Shown: in pieces, positions 44,305 to 53,435 of the stretch
Position numbering within the stretch: position 1 is the stretch's first letter
How the letters are laid out: the number at the start of each line of letters is the position of its first letter
Assembly: GCA_902465435.1 (NCBI GenBank)
Contig: CABQNH010000005.1
Location: 10,889 to 74,888 of the forward strand
DNA length: 64,000 bases
Direction: 5' to 3'
From: an uncultured Eubacteriales bacterium
Lineage (GTDB): Bacteria; Bacillota; Clostridia; Oscillospirales; Oscillospiraceae
Translations under genes and position numbers: made by a program
The notes under the pieces: model-generated
What the model saw: only the letters and a program-made list of their open reading frames with translations
Told to the model about the DNA's origin: nothing
The model's database searches: none

Positions 44305-45849
44305 ATGATGAAAAAAACTGCACTTCTGCTGCTGGCGCTGACGCTTCTGCTGTCGCTTGCCGCCTGCGGCAAAAACGACACGGCCGGAGACTCCGGTACG
44401 ACGCTGGTCTACGGCTCGGCCGACTACACCCGAATCAATCCCGCCATGGACGAGCATTGCGAGATCAATCTGCTGCTCTTCAACGGACTGACCGCACACG
44501 ATGAAAACAACCAGATCGTCCCCGGCCTTGCCGAGCGCTGGGACTATGACGAGGAAGGCTGCACCTACACCTTCTATCTGCGCGACGGTATCAAGTGGCA
44601 CGACGGCGAGCCGTTCACGGCCGCAGACGTCAAGTTCACCATTGAGGCGATCATGGACCCCGAAAACGGCTCGGAGAATGCGCCGAACTACGAGGATGTG
44701 CAATCCATCACCGCACTGGACGAGCACACCATCCGCTTCCAGCTTGCCGCGCCGAACGTCGCCTTTCTGGAATACATGACCATGGCGATCCTGCCGCAGC
44801 ACCTGCTTGAAGGCGAGAACATGCAGGAATCCGCCTTCTTCCGTGCGCCCGTCGGCACGGGGCCTTACCGGCTCGAGAGCTGGGATGTCGGCCAGTCCAT
44901 CGTACTGGTCAAAAACGAGGATTACTATCTCGGCGCGCCCAAAATCGACCGGGTGATTTTTAAAATCGTAACGGACGATAACGCGCAGGCCGTTCAGCTT
45001 GCGAACGGCGAGCTGGATCTTGTGCTGCTCGACCCGAAAAACGCAAAAGGCTTTTCCGGCAAGAGCGGCTACACCTGCTACGATATGACCACCGCCGACT
45101 ACCGCGGCATTCTGTTCAATTTCTGGAACGACTATTGGACAGAGAATCGCGATCTGATCCCCGCGGTCTGCTATGCCATTGACCGGCAGGCAATCATCGA
45201 CGCCGTCCTGTTAGGGCAGGGTATGCCGGCCTACAGCCCGCTCCAGCGAAACGAATACTGCTGCGAGGCGATCGAGCACTACGACTACAGCCCGGAAAAG
45301 GCAAGAGCCGTTCTGGAAAATGCCGGCTGCACCATGGGCGAAAACGGCTATTATACGCGAAACGGCGAGGAAATCGGCTTTGTGATCAGCGTCATGTCCG
45401 GCGAGCAGGATCGTATTGATATCGCGCAGGCTGCTGCACAGCAGCTTTGCGAGGTCGGCATTCACTGCACGGTAGAGATTCCGGCGCAGATGGACTGGGG
45501 CGGCCAGATGGCCTGCCTGATCGGCTGGGGCAGCCCCTTCGACGCAGATGACCATACCTATAAGGTATTCGGCACGGACAAGGGGGCAAACTATTCGGGC
45601 TATTCCAACGAGAAGGTTGACGAGGCCTTAACGCTTGCCCGCCAGACCTCCGACTCCGAGGCGCGGCGCGATGCCTATGCACGCTTCCAGCAGGCGCTTG
45701 CGGAGGATCCCGCCTATGCCTTCATCTGCTATATTGACGCAAACTATGTGGCAAAATCTACGATCCACGGCATTTCCGCCGATACGGTGCTTGGGCATCA
45801 CGGCGTCGGCATCTTCTGGAACATTCAGGACTGGACGATAGAGGACTGA
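44305..45849 (+). CDS. ABC substrate-binding lipoprotein, family 5 (peptide/nickel type)
   Basis: 514 aa from ATG 44305. Lipobox LSLAAC. The Dpp/Opp/NikA-type fold pattern is colinear throughout. Confidence 0.85.
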   Translation: MMKKTALLLLALTLLLSLAACGKNDTAGDSGTTLVYGSADYTRINPAMDEHCEINLLLFNGLTAHDENNQIVPGLAERWDYDEEGCTYTFYLRDGIKWHDGEPFTAADVKFTIEAIMDPENGSENAPNYEDVQSITALDEHTIRFQLAAPNVAFLEYMTMAILPQHLLEGENMQESAFFRAPVGTGPYRLESWDVGQSIVLVKNEDYYLGAPKIDRVIFKIVTDDNAQAVQLANGELDLVLLDPKNAKGFSGKSGYTCYDMTTADYRGILFNFWNDYWTENRDLIPAVCYAIDRQAIIDAVLLGQGMPAYSPLQRNEYCCEAIEHYDYSPEKARAVLENAGCTMGENGYYTRNGEEIGFVISVMSGEQDRIDIAQAAAQQLCEVGIHCTVEIPAQMDWGGQMACLIGWGSPFDADDHTYKVFGTDKGANYSGYSNEKVDEALTLARQTSDSEARRDAYARFQQALAEDPAYAFICYIDANYVAKSTIHGISADTVLGHHGVGIFWNIQDWTIED

Positions 45850-46003
45850 CATATTCCTGACGAAATCGGCAGATGTGAATTGCGATTGGAACGCAGAATC
45901 CGCAAAAAACGACTTCCCATCTTGACAGATATAAAGTCGATCGACCGGTCGGCTTGACTGTCCTGCGAATGCCGCAGCAAAAAAGCAGGAAAGGAGCGCA
46001 CGC

Positions 46004-47017
46004 ATGGCCGCACTGTTAGAGGTTAAAAACTTATCCGTCAGCTTTTTTACGCCCATGGGCGAGGTGCAGGCGGTGCGCGACGTCAGCATTTCTCTGGAGG
46101 CGGGAGAAATTCTCGCCGTTGTCGGCGAATCCGGCTGCGGAAAAAGCGCGCTCTGCAAAAGCATCCTGCGGCTGCTGCCGCCCTCGGCGCGCCGAAAGAG
46201 CGGCCGCATTTTCGTTGAAGGCCGCGACATCACAGACTGCCCTGAGCGGCAGATGCGGCAGCTTCGCGGCAGCCTGTTCTCCTTTGTGCCGCAGGACCCC
46301 ATGACCGCGCTTGACCCGGCCATGCCCGTCGGCGCGCAGATTGCCGAGGCGATCACCGCGCACGAGCGCGGCCTCTCCTGCCGCGCCGTGCGGGCACGCA
46401 TCTGCGAGCTTTTGACGCTCGTCGGCATCGACCGTCCGGAGGAACGCAGCAGGCAGTACCCCCACCAGCTTTCCGGCGGGATGCGCCAGCGCTGCGTTAT
46501 GGCTGTCGCTCTGGCCGGTCGGCCGCGCATTCTCTTTGCCGACGAGCCGACCACAGCGCTTGATGTGACGATTCAGGCGCAGATTCTGGAGCTTCTGCGC
46601 CAGATCCGGCAGGAGCTGGGCACGGCAAGCGTACTCGTCACGCACGACCTCGGCGCAGTCGCGCGGGTGGCCGACCGTGTTGCAGTCATGTACGCCGGGA
46701 AAATCGTGGAAATCGGCACGGCGGAGGAAATCTTCTACGATCCGCGGCACCCCTACACATGGGCGCTGCTGCGCTCGCTTCCGGCACGCGCGCATGGCCA
46801 AAAAACGCTTCCGACCATTCCCGGTATGCCGCCGACGCTGCTCTCTCCGCCAAAAGGAGACGCCTTTGCCTGCCGCAACGAATACGCGCTTGCGATCGAC
46901 TATCAAACGCCGCCGCCGATGTTCCGCGTCAGCGACACGCACTATGCCGCGACGTGGCTGCTCGATCCGCGCGCGCCGAAAATCACGCCGCCCGGAGGGA
47001 CTTTTCATGGAATCTGA
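46004..47017 (+). CDS. ABC ATP-binding protein (OppD/NikD-like)
   Basis: 337 aa. Walker A GESGCGKS, signature LSGGMRQR, and the oligopeptide-type C-terminal extension. Confidence 0.88.
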   Translation: MAALLEVKNLSVSFFTPMGEVQAVRDVSISLEAGEILAVVGESGCGKSALCKSILRLLPPSARRKSGRIFVEGRDITDCPERQMRQLRGSLFSFVPQDPMTALDPAMPVGAQIAEAITAHERGLSCRAVRARICELLTLVGIDRPEERSRQYPHQLSGGMRQRCVMAVALAGRPRILFADEPTTALDVTIQAQILELLRQIRQELGTASVLVTHDLGAVARVADRVAVMYAGKIVEIGTAEEIFYDPRHPYTWALLRSLPARAHGQKTLPTIPGMPPTLLSPPKGDAFACRNEYALAIDYQTPPPMFRVSDTHYAATWLLDPRAPKITPPGGTFHGI

Positions 47018-47912
47018 CGAACTTCTCAGTCTGCGCCATGTGACGCACCGCTTTCCTGTGGGCAGAAGGCAGACCATCCTTGCACTGGATGACGTCTCCT
47101 TTTCGCTGCGGCAGGGCGAAATTTTCGGTCTGGTTGGCGAATCCGGCTCCGGAAAATCCACCGTGGCCCGCTGCGTCATGGGACTTTACCGTCCGGACAG
47201 CGGAAAAATTCTGTTTGACGGGATCGACCTGAGCGACCGTTCGGCCTGCCGCGCCAACCGCAAGCTGCTTACGACCGCCCGGCAGATGATCTTTCAGGAT
47301 TCCGACTCCAGCCTGAACCCGCGGATGCGCGTCGTCGACCTCATCACGGAGCCGCTCAAGATCCACCGTATCACACCGCCGCGCGGAAGCTTCCGCGCCG
47401 AAGCGGAATTTCAGATGTATTACGTTGGGCTGGACGCGCAGTATCTTGACAAATACCCGCATGAGCTGTCCGGCGGTCAGCGCCAGCGCGTCGCGATCGC
47501 GCGCGCACTGACGATGGAGCCGAAGCTCCTTGTGGCGGACGAGCCGATTGCCTCCCTCGACGTCTCCATTCAGGCGCAGATCGTCAATCTTTTCCGGCAT
47601 CTGCAGCAGGAGCACGGCTTTTCCTTTCTGTTTATTGCGCACGACCTGTCCATGGTGGAATTCCTCTGCGACCGCGTCGGCGTAATGTATCGCGGCAGGC
47701 TGGTCGAGGTTGCGCCGACAAAGGCGCTGTTTGCAGACCCGCAGCACGCCTACACGCAAGCCCTTCTCTCTGCAATGCCCGTTGCCGACCCGCGCCGGGC
47801 GCGTGCACGCGTTCTGACGCCGCCCGCTCCGGTGCCGGAGCGGCTCGGCGGTCAGCTTACGGAGGTCGCGCCGCAGCACTTTGTACTTCAGGATGGGGGG
47901 ACGGATTCATGA
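47007..47912 (+). CDS. ABC ATP-binding protein (OppF/NikE-like)
   Basis: 301 aa from ATG 47007, which overlaps the previous gene by 11 nt. Walker A GESGSGKST and signature LSGGQRQR. Confidence 0.88.
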   Translation: MESDELLSLRHVTHRFPVGRRQTILALDDVSFSLRQGEIFGLVGESGSGKSTVARCVMGLYRPDSGKILFDGIDLSDRSACRANRKLLTTARQMIFQDSDSSLNPRMRVVDLITEPLKIHRITPPRGSFRAEAEFQMYYVGLDAQYLDKYPHELSGGQRQRVAIARALTMEPKLLVADEPIASLDVSIQAQIVNLFRHLQQEHGFSFLFIAHDLSMVEFLCDRVGVMYRGRLVEVAPTKALFADPQHAYTQALLSAMPVADPRRARARVLTPPAPVPERLGGQLTEVAPQHFVLQDGGTDS

Positions 47913-48907
47913 AACGTGCACGCCGTTTCGGGAAGCAGCTTCTTGCTTTCTTCCTGAGCATTCTCCTTTTGTCCGTGCTCGTCTTTACCGTCTCCCGGCT
48001 TGCGCCGGGGGATCCGCTCGTCTCTTATTACGGCGACCGCGTGGAGAAGATGTCGCCCGAGGAACGCGCATGGGCGCAGGAGCGGCTGGGGCTGAACGAT
48101 TCGATCCCCACGCAGTATATCCGCTGGCTGCGCTGCGCGCTGCACGGCGACTTCGGCATCTCCTATAAATATAAGATGGACGCGGGCGCCGTCATTGTCA
48201 GCCGACTCGGCAATACCCTGCTTCTCGGCGGGCTTGGCTTCCTGCTTCTTTTCTTTCTTTCCATTGGGCTGGGACTTCTCTGCGCACGGCGGGAGGACGG
48301 TTTGCTTGACCGCACGCTCTGCAAGCTTGGCGCGATCACCAGCTGCATTCCCGAGTTCTGGCTTTCGCTCCTGTTGATTCTGGTTTTCTCCGTTTCGCTG
48401 CGCTGGCTGCCCAGCTCCGGTGCTTACGCCGTCGGGAAGCAGCACGATCTGCTCGACCGCGCCGTGCATCTCATCCTGCCGCTGACCGTCGTTGTGCTCA
48501 GCCATCTCTGGTACTATGCCTATCTGATCCGCAGCCGCATTCTGGAGGAGCTGAGCACCGACTATGTACTGCTGGCCAAAGCGAAGGGGCTATGCGGCCG
48601 GCGGATCCTGCTGCGCCACTGCCTGCGCAATGCTCTGCCCGCTTATCTGAGCATAATGGCAATTTCCGTGCCGCACATTCTCGGCGGGACCTATGTCGTG
48701 GAAGCGGTTTTCTCCTATCCCGGCATCGGCACGCTCGCCTATGAGAGTGCGCGCTATCAGGATTATAATCTTTTGATGCTTCTGAGCCTTCTGTCCGGCG
48801 CACTCGTGATCCTGTGCAATCTGCTCGCGCAGAGCCTCAGTAAGCGGCTCGACCCACGAATGCGCGGAGGGGAACGCGTACCGCGCTGGGAGGTGACGAA
48901 GCCATGA
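47909..48907 (+). CDS. ABC permease (OppB/NikB-like)
   Basis: 332 aa, multi-TM, with ATGA overlaps on both sides. Confidence 0.85.
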   Translation: MKRARRFGKQLLAFFLSILLLSVLVFTVSRLAPGDPLVSYYGDRVEKMSPEERAWAQERLGLNDSIPTQYIRWLRCALHGDFGISYKYKMDAGAVIVSRLGNTLLLGGLGFLLLFFLSIGLGLLCARREDGLLDRTLCKLGAITSCIPEFWLSLLLILVFSVSLRWLPSSGAYAVGKQHDLLDRAVHLILPLTVVVLSHLWYYAYLIRSRILEELSTDYVLLAKAKGLCGRRILLRHCLRNALPAYLSIMAISVPHILGGTYVVEAVFSYPGIGTLAYESARYQDYNLLMLLSLLSGALVILCNLLAQSLSKRLDPRMRGGERVPRWEVTKP

Positions 48908-49788
48908 CAGACCCCTTTACCCTTGTCGGCATCCGCGCGCCCGCGCCCGCTGCACCCGCTGCGAAGCGCCGCACGCTGCGCGGCGGCGACATCGCGTCCG
49001 CCGTTGTGCTGGCGCTGATTCTTCTCGGCTGCACGCTGATCCCCTTCTTTCTTTCTCAGGACCCCGCCCATATGGAGCTTCGCAGCACTTCGGCCGCACC
49101 CTCGCGCGCCTTTCCGTTCGGCACGGACACAATGGGTCGGGACATTTTCGCCATGATCTGGAGCGGCGGGCGCGTCTCGCTGTTCATCGGCCTATGCTCC
49201 GCCGCACTCTCCACCGCGATCGCCGTGCTTTACGGCGCGCTCAGCGGCTGCGCGCCGGATTGGCTGGATGCACTGCTCATGCGGGCAGTCGAGTTGATTT
49301 TGTGCGTACCAAGTCTGCTTCTCGTCGTATTCCTGCAGGCGCTGCTTGGAAAGCCCAGCGTGCTGAGTCTCTCTCTGGTGCTCGGCCTGACCGGCTGGAT
49401 GAGCATCGCCAAGGTCGTGCGGTCGGAGGTGCGTCGGCTGCGGAGCTGCGATTATGTCCTCGCCGCAAAATGCATGGGCGGCGGGTTCTTCCATGTGCTT
49501 TGGACGCATCTGCTGCCGAACTTCCTGCCGTCGATCCTGTTTATGATCGTCATGAACATCCGCAGCGCCATCGTGACGGAGTCCACGCTCAGCTTTATGG
49601 GCATCGGGCTTCCGCTTGAAGTCATCTCGTGGGGCAGTATGCTCTCGCTGGCAGAAAAGGCGCTGCTGACCCGTGCATGGTGGATCCTCATCCTTCCGGG
49701 CGTTTTTCTGATCACAACGCTGCTTTGCATCACAAATCTTGCAAACGCACTGCGGCGGCGCAGCGCCGCCCGCCAAAGCAGCCTGTAG
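48904..49788 (+). CDS. ABC permease (OppC/NikC-like)
   Basis: 294 aa, multi-TM, with the binding-protein-dependent transport EAA-type loop region. Confidence 0.85.
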   Translation: MTDPFTLVGIRAPAPAAPAAKRRTLRGGDIASAVVLALILLGCTLIPFFLSQDPAHMELRSTSAAPSRAFPFGTDTMGRDIFAMIWSGGRVSLFIGLCSAALSTAIAVLYGALSGCAPDWLDALLMRAVELILCVPSLLLVVFLQALLGKPSVLSLSLVLGLTGWMSIAKVVRSEVRRLRSCDYVLAAKCMGGGFFHVLWTHLLPNFLPSILFMIVMNIRSAIVTESTLSFMGIGLPLEVISWGSMLSLAEKALLTRAWWILILPGVFLITTLLCITNLANALRRRSAARQSSL

Positions 49789-49813
49789 CGAAGCCCGATT
49801 TCGCGCCAAAAGC

Positions 49814-49853
49814 GGAGGCCGGGAGAAATCATTTTCGATTTCTCCCGGCCTCC
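49814..49853 (+). terminator. 17-bp-stem hairpin ending the ABC operon (no clear U-tract)
   Basis: GGAGGCCGGGAGAAATC / GATTTCTCCCGGCCTCC with 6-nt loop. Confidence 0.5.
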
Positions 49854-49855
49854 GA

Positions 49856-49883
49856 CTGTCAATAAAGTCCGTAACCGTCAAAA
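49856..49883 (+). repeat. 28-nt repeat R1, copy B
   Basis: Identical to 11929-11956. Like copy A, it lies a few nt (2 here, 5 for copy A) after an operon-terminal hairpin. Confidence 0.85.
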
Positions 49884-49933
49884 CGGGAAAGCGCCTTCCG
49901 CTGCTTCTCCTTTTCAGGGTGTTTGCCTGCATA

Positions 49934-49980
49934 GAAAAAAGCACGACCATCTCGATACTCGCGTATCTGAATGATCGTGC
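49934..49980 (-). terminator. intrinsic terminator after the tRNA pair
   Basis: 10-bp stem GCACGAUCAU / AUGGUCGUGC (one G-U pair) followed on the minus strand by TTTTTTC. Confidence 0.65.
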
Positions 49981-49983
49981 TTC

Positions 49984-50058
49984 CTGGTGACCCGTACGGG
50001 ACTCGAACCCATGTTACCGCCGTGAAAGGGCGGTGTCTTAACCACTTGACCAACGGGC
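49984..50058 (-). tRNA. tRNA-Glu (anticodon UUC)
   Basis: Manual cloverleaf: GGCCCGT acceptor, anticodon arm CCGCC-CTTTCAC-GGCGG, T-arm GGGTTCGAGTCCC, encoded CCA. Closely matches the B. subtilis tRNA-Glu sequence as I recall it. Confidence 0.9.
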
Positions 50059-50061
50059 CGT

Positions 50062-50138
50062 ATGGTAGCGGCAATCTGATTCGAACAGATGACAACACGG
50101 GTATGAACCGGGTGCTCTACCAACTGAGCTATGCCGCC
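50062..50138 (-). tRNA. tRNA-Met (anticodon CAU, elongator-like)
   Basis: Manual cloverleaf: GGCGGCA acceptor, D-arm GCTCAGTTGGTAGAGC, anticodon loop TTCATAC, T-arm ATCTGTTCGAATCAGAT, encoded CCA. One C-U mismatch in the anticodon stem. A lysidine tRNA-Ile2 identity cannot be excluded from sequence alone. Confidence 0.8.
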
Positions 50139-50189
50139 ATATACCATACACAATGCCGATACGCGGCGCGCCGCATATACAGCTTTTAT

Positions 50190-50218
50190 ATTATATCGAC
50201 GCCGCGAAGATTTGTCAA
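50190..50218 (-). promoter_or_regulatory. consensus sigma-70 promoter for the tRNA-Met/tRNA-Glu operon
   Basis: Minus strand TTGACA-17 nt-TATAAT, about 50 nt upstream of the tRNA-Met 5' end. Confidence 0.7.
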
Positions 50219-50301
50219 GCCTATTTTTCCTGTTTTTCCGCGCAAAATACAAAAATGTTTGAAGCCGTGCACTTTGGCGCAGACTATTCTTGGGTGATTT
50301 T

Positions 50302-50706
50302 ATGCGTTTTCAAAGAAATCTCATCATTTTTCTAATCGGCGGCGTGCTTTACGTCGGCATTGAGCTTCTCTGGCGCGGCTATTCCCATATCAGCATGTTT
50401 TTTGTCGGCGGACTTTGCTTTCTTCTCATCGGAAGGCAGGATCCGAACCGGAGCTTTCTGCTGCAAATGCTGGTCGGGACCGCAGTCATTACCGCTCTGG
50501 AGCTGCTCTCAGGGCTGCTCGTGAACCGGGCGCTCGGCCTGAACGTCTGGGACTATTCCCATCTCCCGCTAAACGTCTGGGGGCAGATTTGCCTGCCCTT
50601 CTGCCTTCTGTGGTTCCCGCTGTCCGGCCTTGCCGTGCTGGCAGAGGATTTTTCCCGCCATCTGCTGTTCGGCACGCCGATGCCGCGCTATCGCTGGGTC
50701 ATATAG
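50302..50706 (+). CDS. small multi-pass membrane protein (putative ABC-transporter type IV / CmpB-like family)
   Basis: 134 aa from ATG 50302. Four hydrophobic helices and the family-typical WDYS motif (LNVWDYSHLPLNVWGQICL). Confidence 0.5.
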   Translation: MRFQRNLIIFLIGGVLYVGIELLWRGYSHISMFFVGGLCFLLIGRQDPNRSFLLQMLVGTAVITALELLSGLLVNRALGLNVWDYSHLPLNVWGQICLPFCLLWFPLSGLAVLAEDFSRHLLFGTPMPRYRWVI

Positions 50707-51304
50707 TGCATTCGGGATAGCCGAGGCTCAGGCGCTCGTCATAGGCCGCACGCTCGCCGCCGATATACTTCGGCCGGACGCGCGCCGCCAGAACGATCGC
50801 TTCACCGATTCGGTTCTGCTCCAGCCGCACCGGCACGGCGACCTGCTTTAAATGCATACCGATCAGCGTCCCGCCGATATCCAGACCGGCGTCCGCACGC
50901 AGCGACTCCAGCGCGACCGGCTGGCGAAACGCGCGGTAGGCCGCCGTTGCAAACGAGCCGCCCGCCTTCGGCTGCGGCACGACGTTGACGATCTCTGCGT
51001 TCGGAACGGCGGCACGCTCCACGATCAGCGCGCGGTTCAAATGCTCGCAGCACTGCGCCGCCAGATAGATGCCCAGCGGCGCAAAAACGTCCTGCAGACC
51101 GTCAAAAATCGCCTGCCCGACCTCCGGTGTCGACCAGCTTCCCACGCGCTTTCCGACCACCTCGCTCGTGCTGCAGCCGATCACAACGATCTGCCCCGCG
51201 TATAGCCGCGCGGCCTGTGCAAGCTGCGCGGCGGCGCGCGCCGCCTGCTGCCGAATTTCCTCCAAATGTGTCCCGTTTTCCACGGGATGAACAATTCCAG
51301 CCAT
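50699..51304 (-). CDS. TIGR01440/YwlG-like (UPF0340) protein
   Basis: Conserved IVVIGCSTSEV block. Start uncertain: ATG 51304 is preferred, and the GTG at 51349 abuts its putative RBS. Confidence 0.7.
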   Translation of the reverse strand: MAGIVHPVENGTHLEEIRQQAARAAAQLAQAARLYAGQIVVIGCSTSEVVGKRVGSWSTPEVGQAIFDGLQDVFAPLGIYLAAQCCEHLNRALIVERAAVPNAEIVNVVPQPKAGGSFATAAYRAFRQPVALESLRADAGLDIGGTLIGMHLKQVAVPVRLEQNRIGEAIVLAARVRPKYIGGERAAYDERLSLGYPECTI

Positions 51305-51428
51305 AGCTTTTTCCCGTCCGAAGCGCCGCAGCCGCGGCAGCTCGGACACTCCTTTTTTTCATCCGGAACCTCTGCGTCCATCCTTGAGGATGGACGCAGA
51401 GGCTCCATTTTATTTCCGTACTGCGGCC

Positions 51429-51935
51429 TCAGCCCAGCTTGCGCTCCAGCTTCACGCGCTTGGCTGCCTGCAGCAGCAGCAAGCCCGCGACCAGACCGAC
51501 CGCACCCTGCAGGAGATTGCCCGGGATGCTCGCTGCGGCGGGAAGTCCCTTTCCGAGGAACAGCGCCGCAAAGCCAAAGTAGCCCGCGACCATAACGGCC
51601 TCGCCGACCAGTCCGCCGACCAACGCGCCGGAAAAGCGCCGCCCCATCGCGCGGTACAACAGCGCCGCCGTCAGCGCGACCAATCCCTTAATGACCAGCG
51701 TGCCGGGCGCCCAGTAGCCATAGCCGGCAAAGACATCGGCAAGCATTGAGCCGATTCCTCCTGCCGCCGCGCCATACCACGGGCCAAGCAGGAAGCCTGC
51801 CAGCAGGACAAAGCAGTCACCTAAATTGAGATAGCCGTCCATCGGCGAGGGAATCTGCACGACCATCGTCGCGACACAGGCAAGCGCCGCGAGCATCGCG
51901 GCCGTGACCATTTTACGAATTGCTTGATCTTTCAT
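51429..51935 (-). CDS. ECF transporter S component (substrate-capture subunit), possibly vitamin B6-related
   Basis: 168 aa from ATG 51935 (AAGGAG RBS). Six hydrophobic helices with a GDCFVLLAGFLLGP pattern typical of ECF S subunits. Divergent from a MocR regulator. Confidence 0.7.
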   Translation of the reverse strand: MKDQAIRKMVTAAMLAALACVATMVVQIPSPMDGYLNLGDCFVLLAGFLLGPWYGAAAGGIGSMLADVFAGYGYWAPGTLVIKGLVALTAALLYRAMGRRFSGALVGGLVGEAVMVAGYFGFAALFLGKGLPAAASIPGNLLQGAVGLVAGLLLLQAAKRVKLERKLG

Positions 51936-51982
51936 AATTATAATGCTCCTTGCTTTTTTCGTCAAGGCGTATTATAATTTTC

Positions 51983-52032
51983 ATCTGGTATTATTAAAAG
52001 AACCATTTTAATTTTATTTGTTAATACCAGAT
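51983..52032. promoter_or_regulatory. 11-bp inverted repeat in the S-component / MocR divergent spacer (candidate MocR operator)
   Basis: ATCTGGTATTA-N28-TAATACCAGAT, perfect arms in an AT-rich spacer. Confidence 0.45.
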
Positions 52033-52043
52033 TGGAGGAATTC

Positions 52044-53435
52044 ATGCTGACCTATTCCCTGACGCGGCGCGGTGCAGACAGTCTTTATGAGCAGCTCTAC
52101 CGCGCAATTCGCGCCGACATTCTCTCCGGCCGGTTATGTTCCGGGGAAAAGCTGCCCTCCAAACGCACCCTGGCAGAGCATCTGCGGCTCAGCACCGTCA
52201 CGGTAAAAACGGCCTATGAGCAGCTCATGGCCGAGGGCTACGTCCGCAGCGTAGAGAAGCGCGGTTATTTTGTCGATTGCGTGCAGACGCCGGCCGTTCC
52301 GACGCCTGCCGCTGCGCAGCCGGAGCCGCCGGCAGAGCGGAGCTGGTTTCTGGATCTGGTGACCAACTCGATCGCCGCAGAGGATTTTCCGCTCACCGTC
52401 TGGGCAAGACGCATGCGGCAAACGATTCTGGAGCAGGGGACCGGACTTCTGCGCGCAACGCCGCCGCAGGGCGACCCGGCGCTTCGCGCGGCAACCGCCG
52501 CCTATCTGCGGCAGTTTCGTGGAATGCAGGTGGAGCCGGAGCAAATCGTGATCGGCGCGGGCACGGAGGTGCTCTACACCCTTCTTGTGCAGCTTTTGGG
52601 GCAGGAGCGGCGCTATGCCGTCGAGGATCCCGGCTATGCCAAGATCGCAAGGATCTATCAAAGCAATCACGCCGCGGTCGAGTTCGTGCCGCTGGACGAG
52701 GCGGGGCTATCCGTCGAAGCGCTCCGCCGCTCGCGAGCTGACGTCGTACATATTTCCCCCAATCATCACTATCCCACCGGCATCGTCATGCCGATCGCGC
52801 GCAGACAGGCGCTCCTTTCCTGGGCGCAGGAGGCACCTGCGCGGTATATTCTGGAGGATGACTATGACAGCGAATTTCGCTTCACCGGCCGGCCGATCCC
52901 GACCCTTTTCTCCATTGACCGCAGCGAGCGCGTGATCTATCTCAACACGTTTTCCAAGACCATTGCCCCGTCGATCCGAATCGGCTATATGGTGCTGCCG
53001 AAGCACCTTTTGGCGCGATTTCACGAAAGACTTGGCTTTTATTCCTGCACCGTTTCCGGCTTTGAGCAGCATACGCTTGCATGCTTCCTTGCCGACGGCT
53101 CCTTTGAGAAGCATCTGAACCGGATGCGCAAGCGCTATCACCAGAAGCGGGATGCGCTCATTGCCGCCATTCACGCAAGCGCGCTGCAGGGACGGGTGCA
53201 GATCACCGAGCAGGACGCGGGCCTTCATTTTCTGCTGAAGCTGAAAACCACGCGATCCGATGAAGCGCTACGAAGCGCGGCGGCCGCGCAGGGGCTTCGC
53301 ATCGCCACGCTGTCGGAATACTACCGCACGCCGACCGATGCGCCGCCGCACGTTCTCGTTGTGAACTACTCCGGCGTGGAAACCGAACGGCTGCCGCAGG
53401 CCATGGCGCGGCTGGCCGCCGCGCTGGACGGCTGA
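52044..53435 (+). CDS. MocR/PdxR-type regulator (GntR winged-helix fused to aminotransferase-like PLP domain)
   Basis: 463 aa from ATG 52044 (GGAGG RBS). N-terminal GntR HTH (LYEQLYRAIRADILSGRL...LPSKRTLAEHLRLSTVTV), then a fold-type-I aminotransferase domain. Confidence 0.88.
   Translation: MLTYSLTRRGADSLYEQLYRAIRADILSGRLCSGEKLPSKRTLAEHLRLSTVTVKTAYEQLMAEGYVRSVEKRGYFVDCVQTPAVPTPAAAQPEPPAERSWFLDLVTNSIAAEDFPLTVWARRMRQTILEQGTGLLRATPPQGDPALRAATAAYLRQFRGMQVEPEQIVIGAGTEVLYTLLVQLLGQERRYAVEDPGYAKIARIYQSNHAAVEFVPLDEAGLSVEALRRSRADVVHISPNHHYPTGIVMPIARRQALLSWAQEAPARYILEDDYDSEFRFTGRPIPTLFSIDRSERVIYLNTFSKTIAPSIRIGYMVLPKHLLARFHERLGFYSCTVSGFEQHTLACFLADGSFEKHLNRMRKRYHQKRDALIAAIHASALQGRVQITEQDAGLHFLLKLKTTRSDEALRSAAAAQGLRIATLSEYYRTPTDAPPHVLVVNYSGVETERLPQAMARLAAALDG

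Noticed and set aside
11929-49883. Two 28-bp direct repeats, one next to a tRNA locus, as attL/attR of a 38-kb integrated island.
   Set aside because: The enclosed segment is core housekeeping (ftsH, dnaB, rplI, mnmG, tilS, hpt, rnj, nucleoside salvage). It contains no integrase, excisionase or mobility gene. The repeat is not part of the tRNA.
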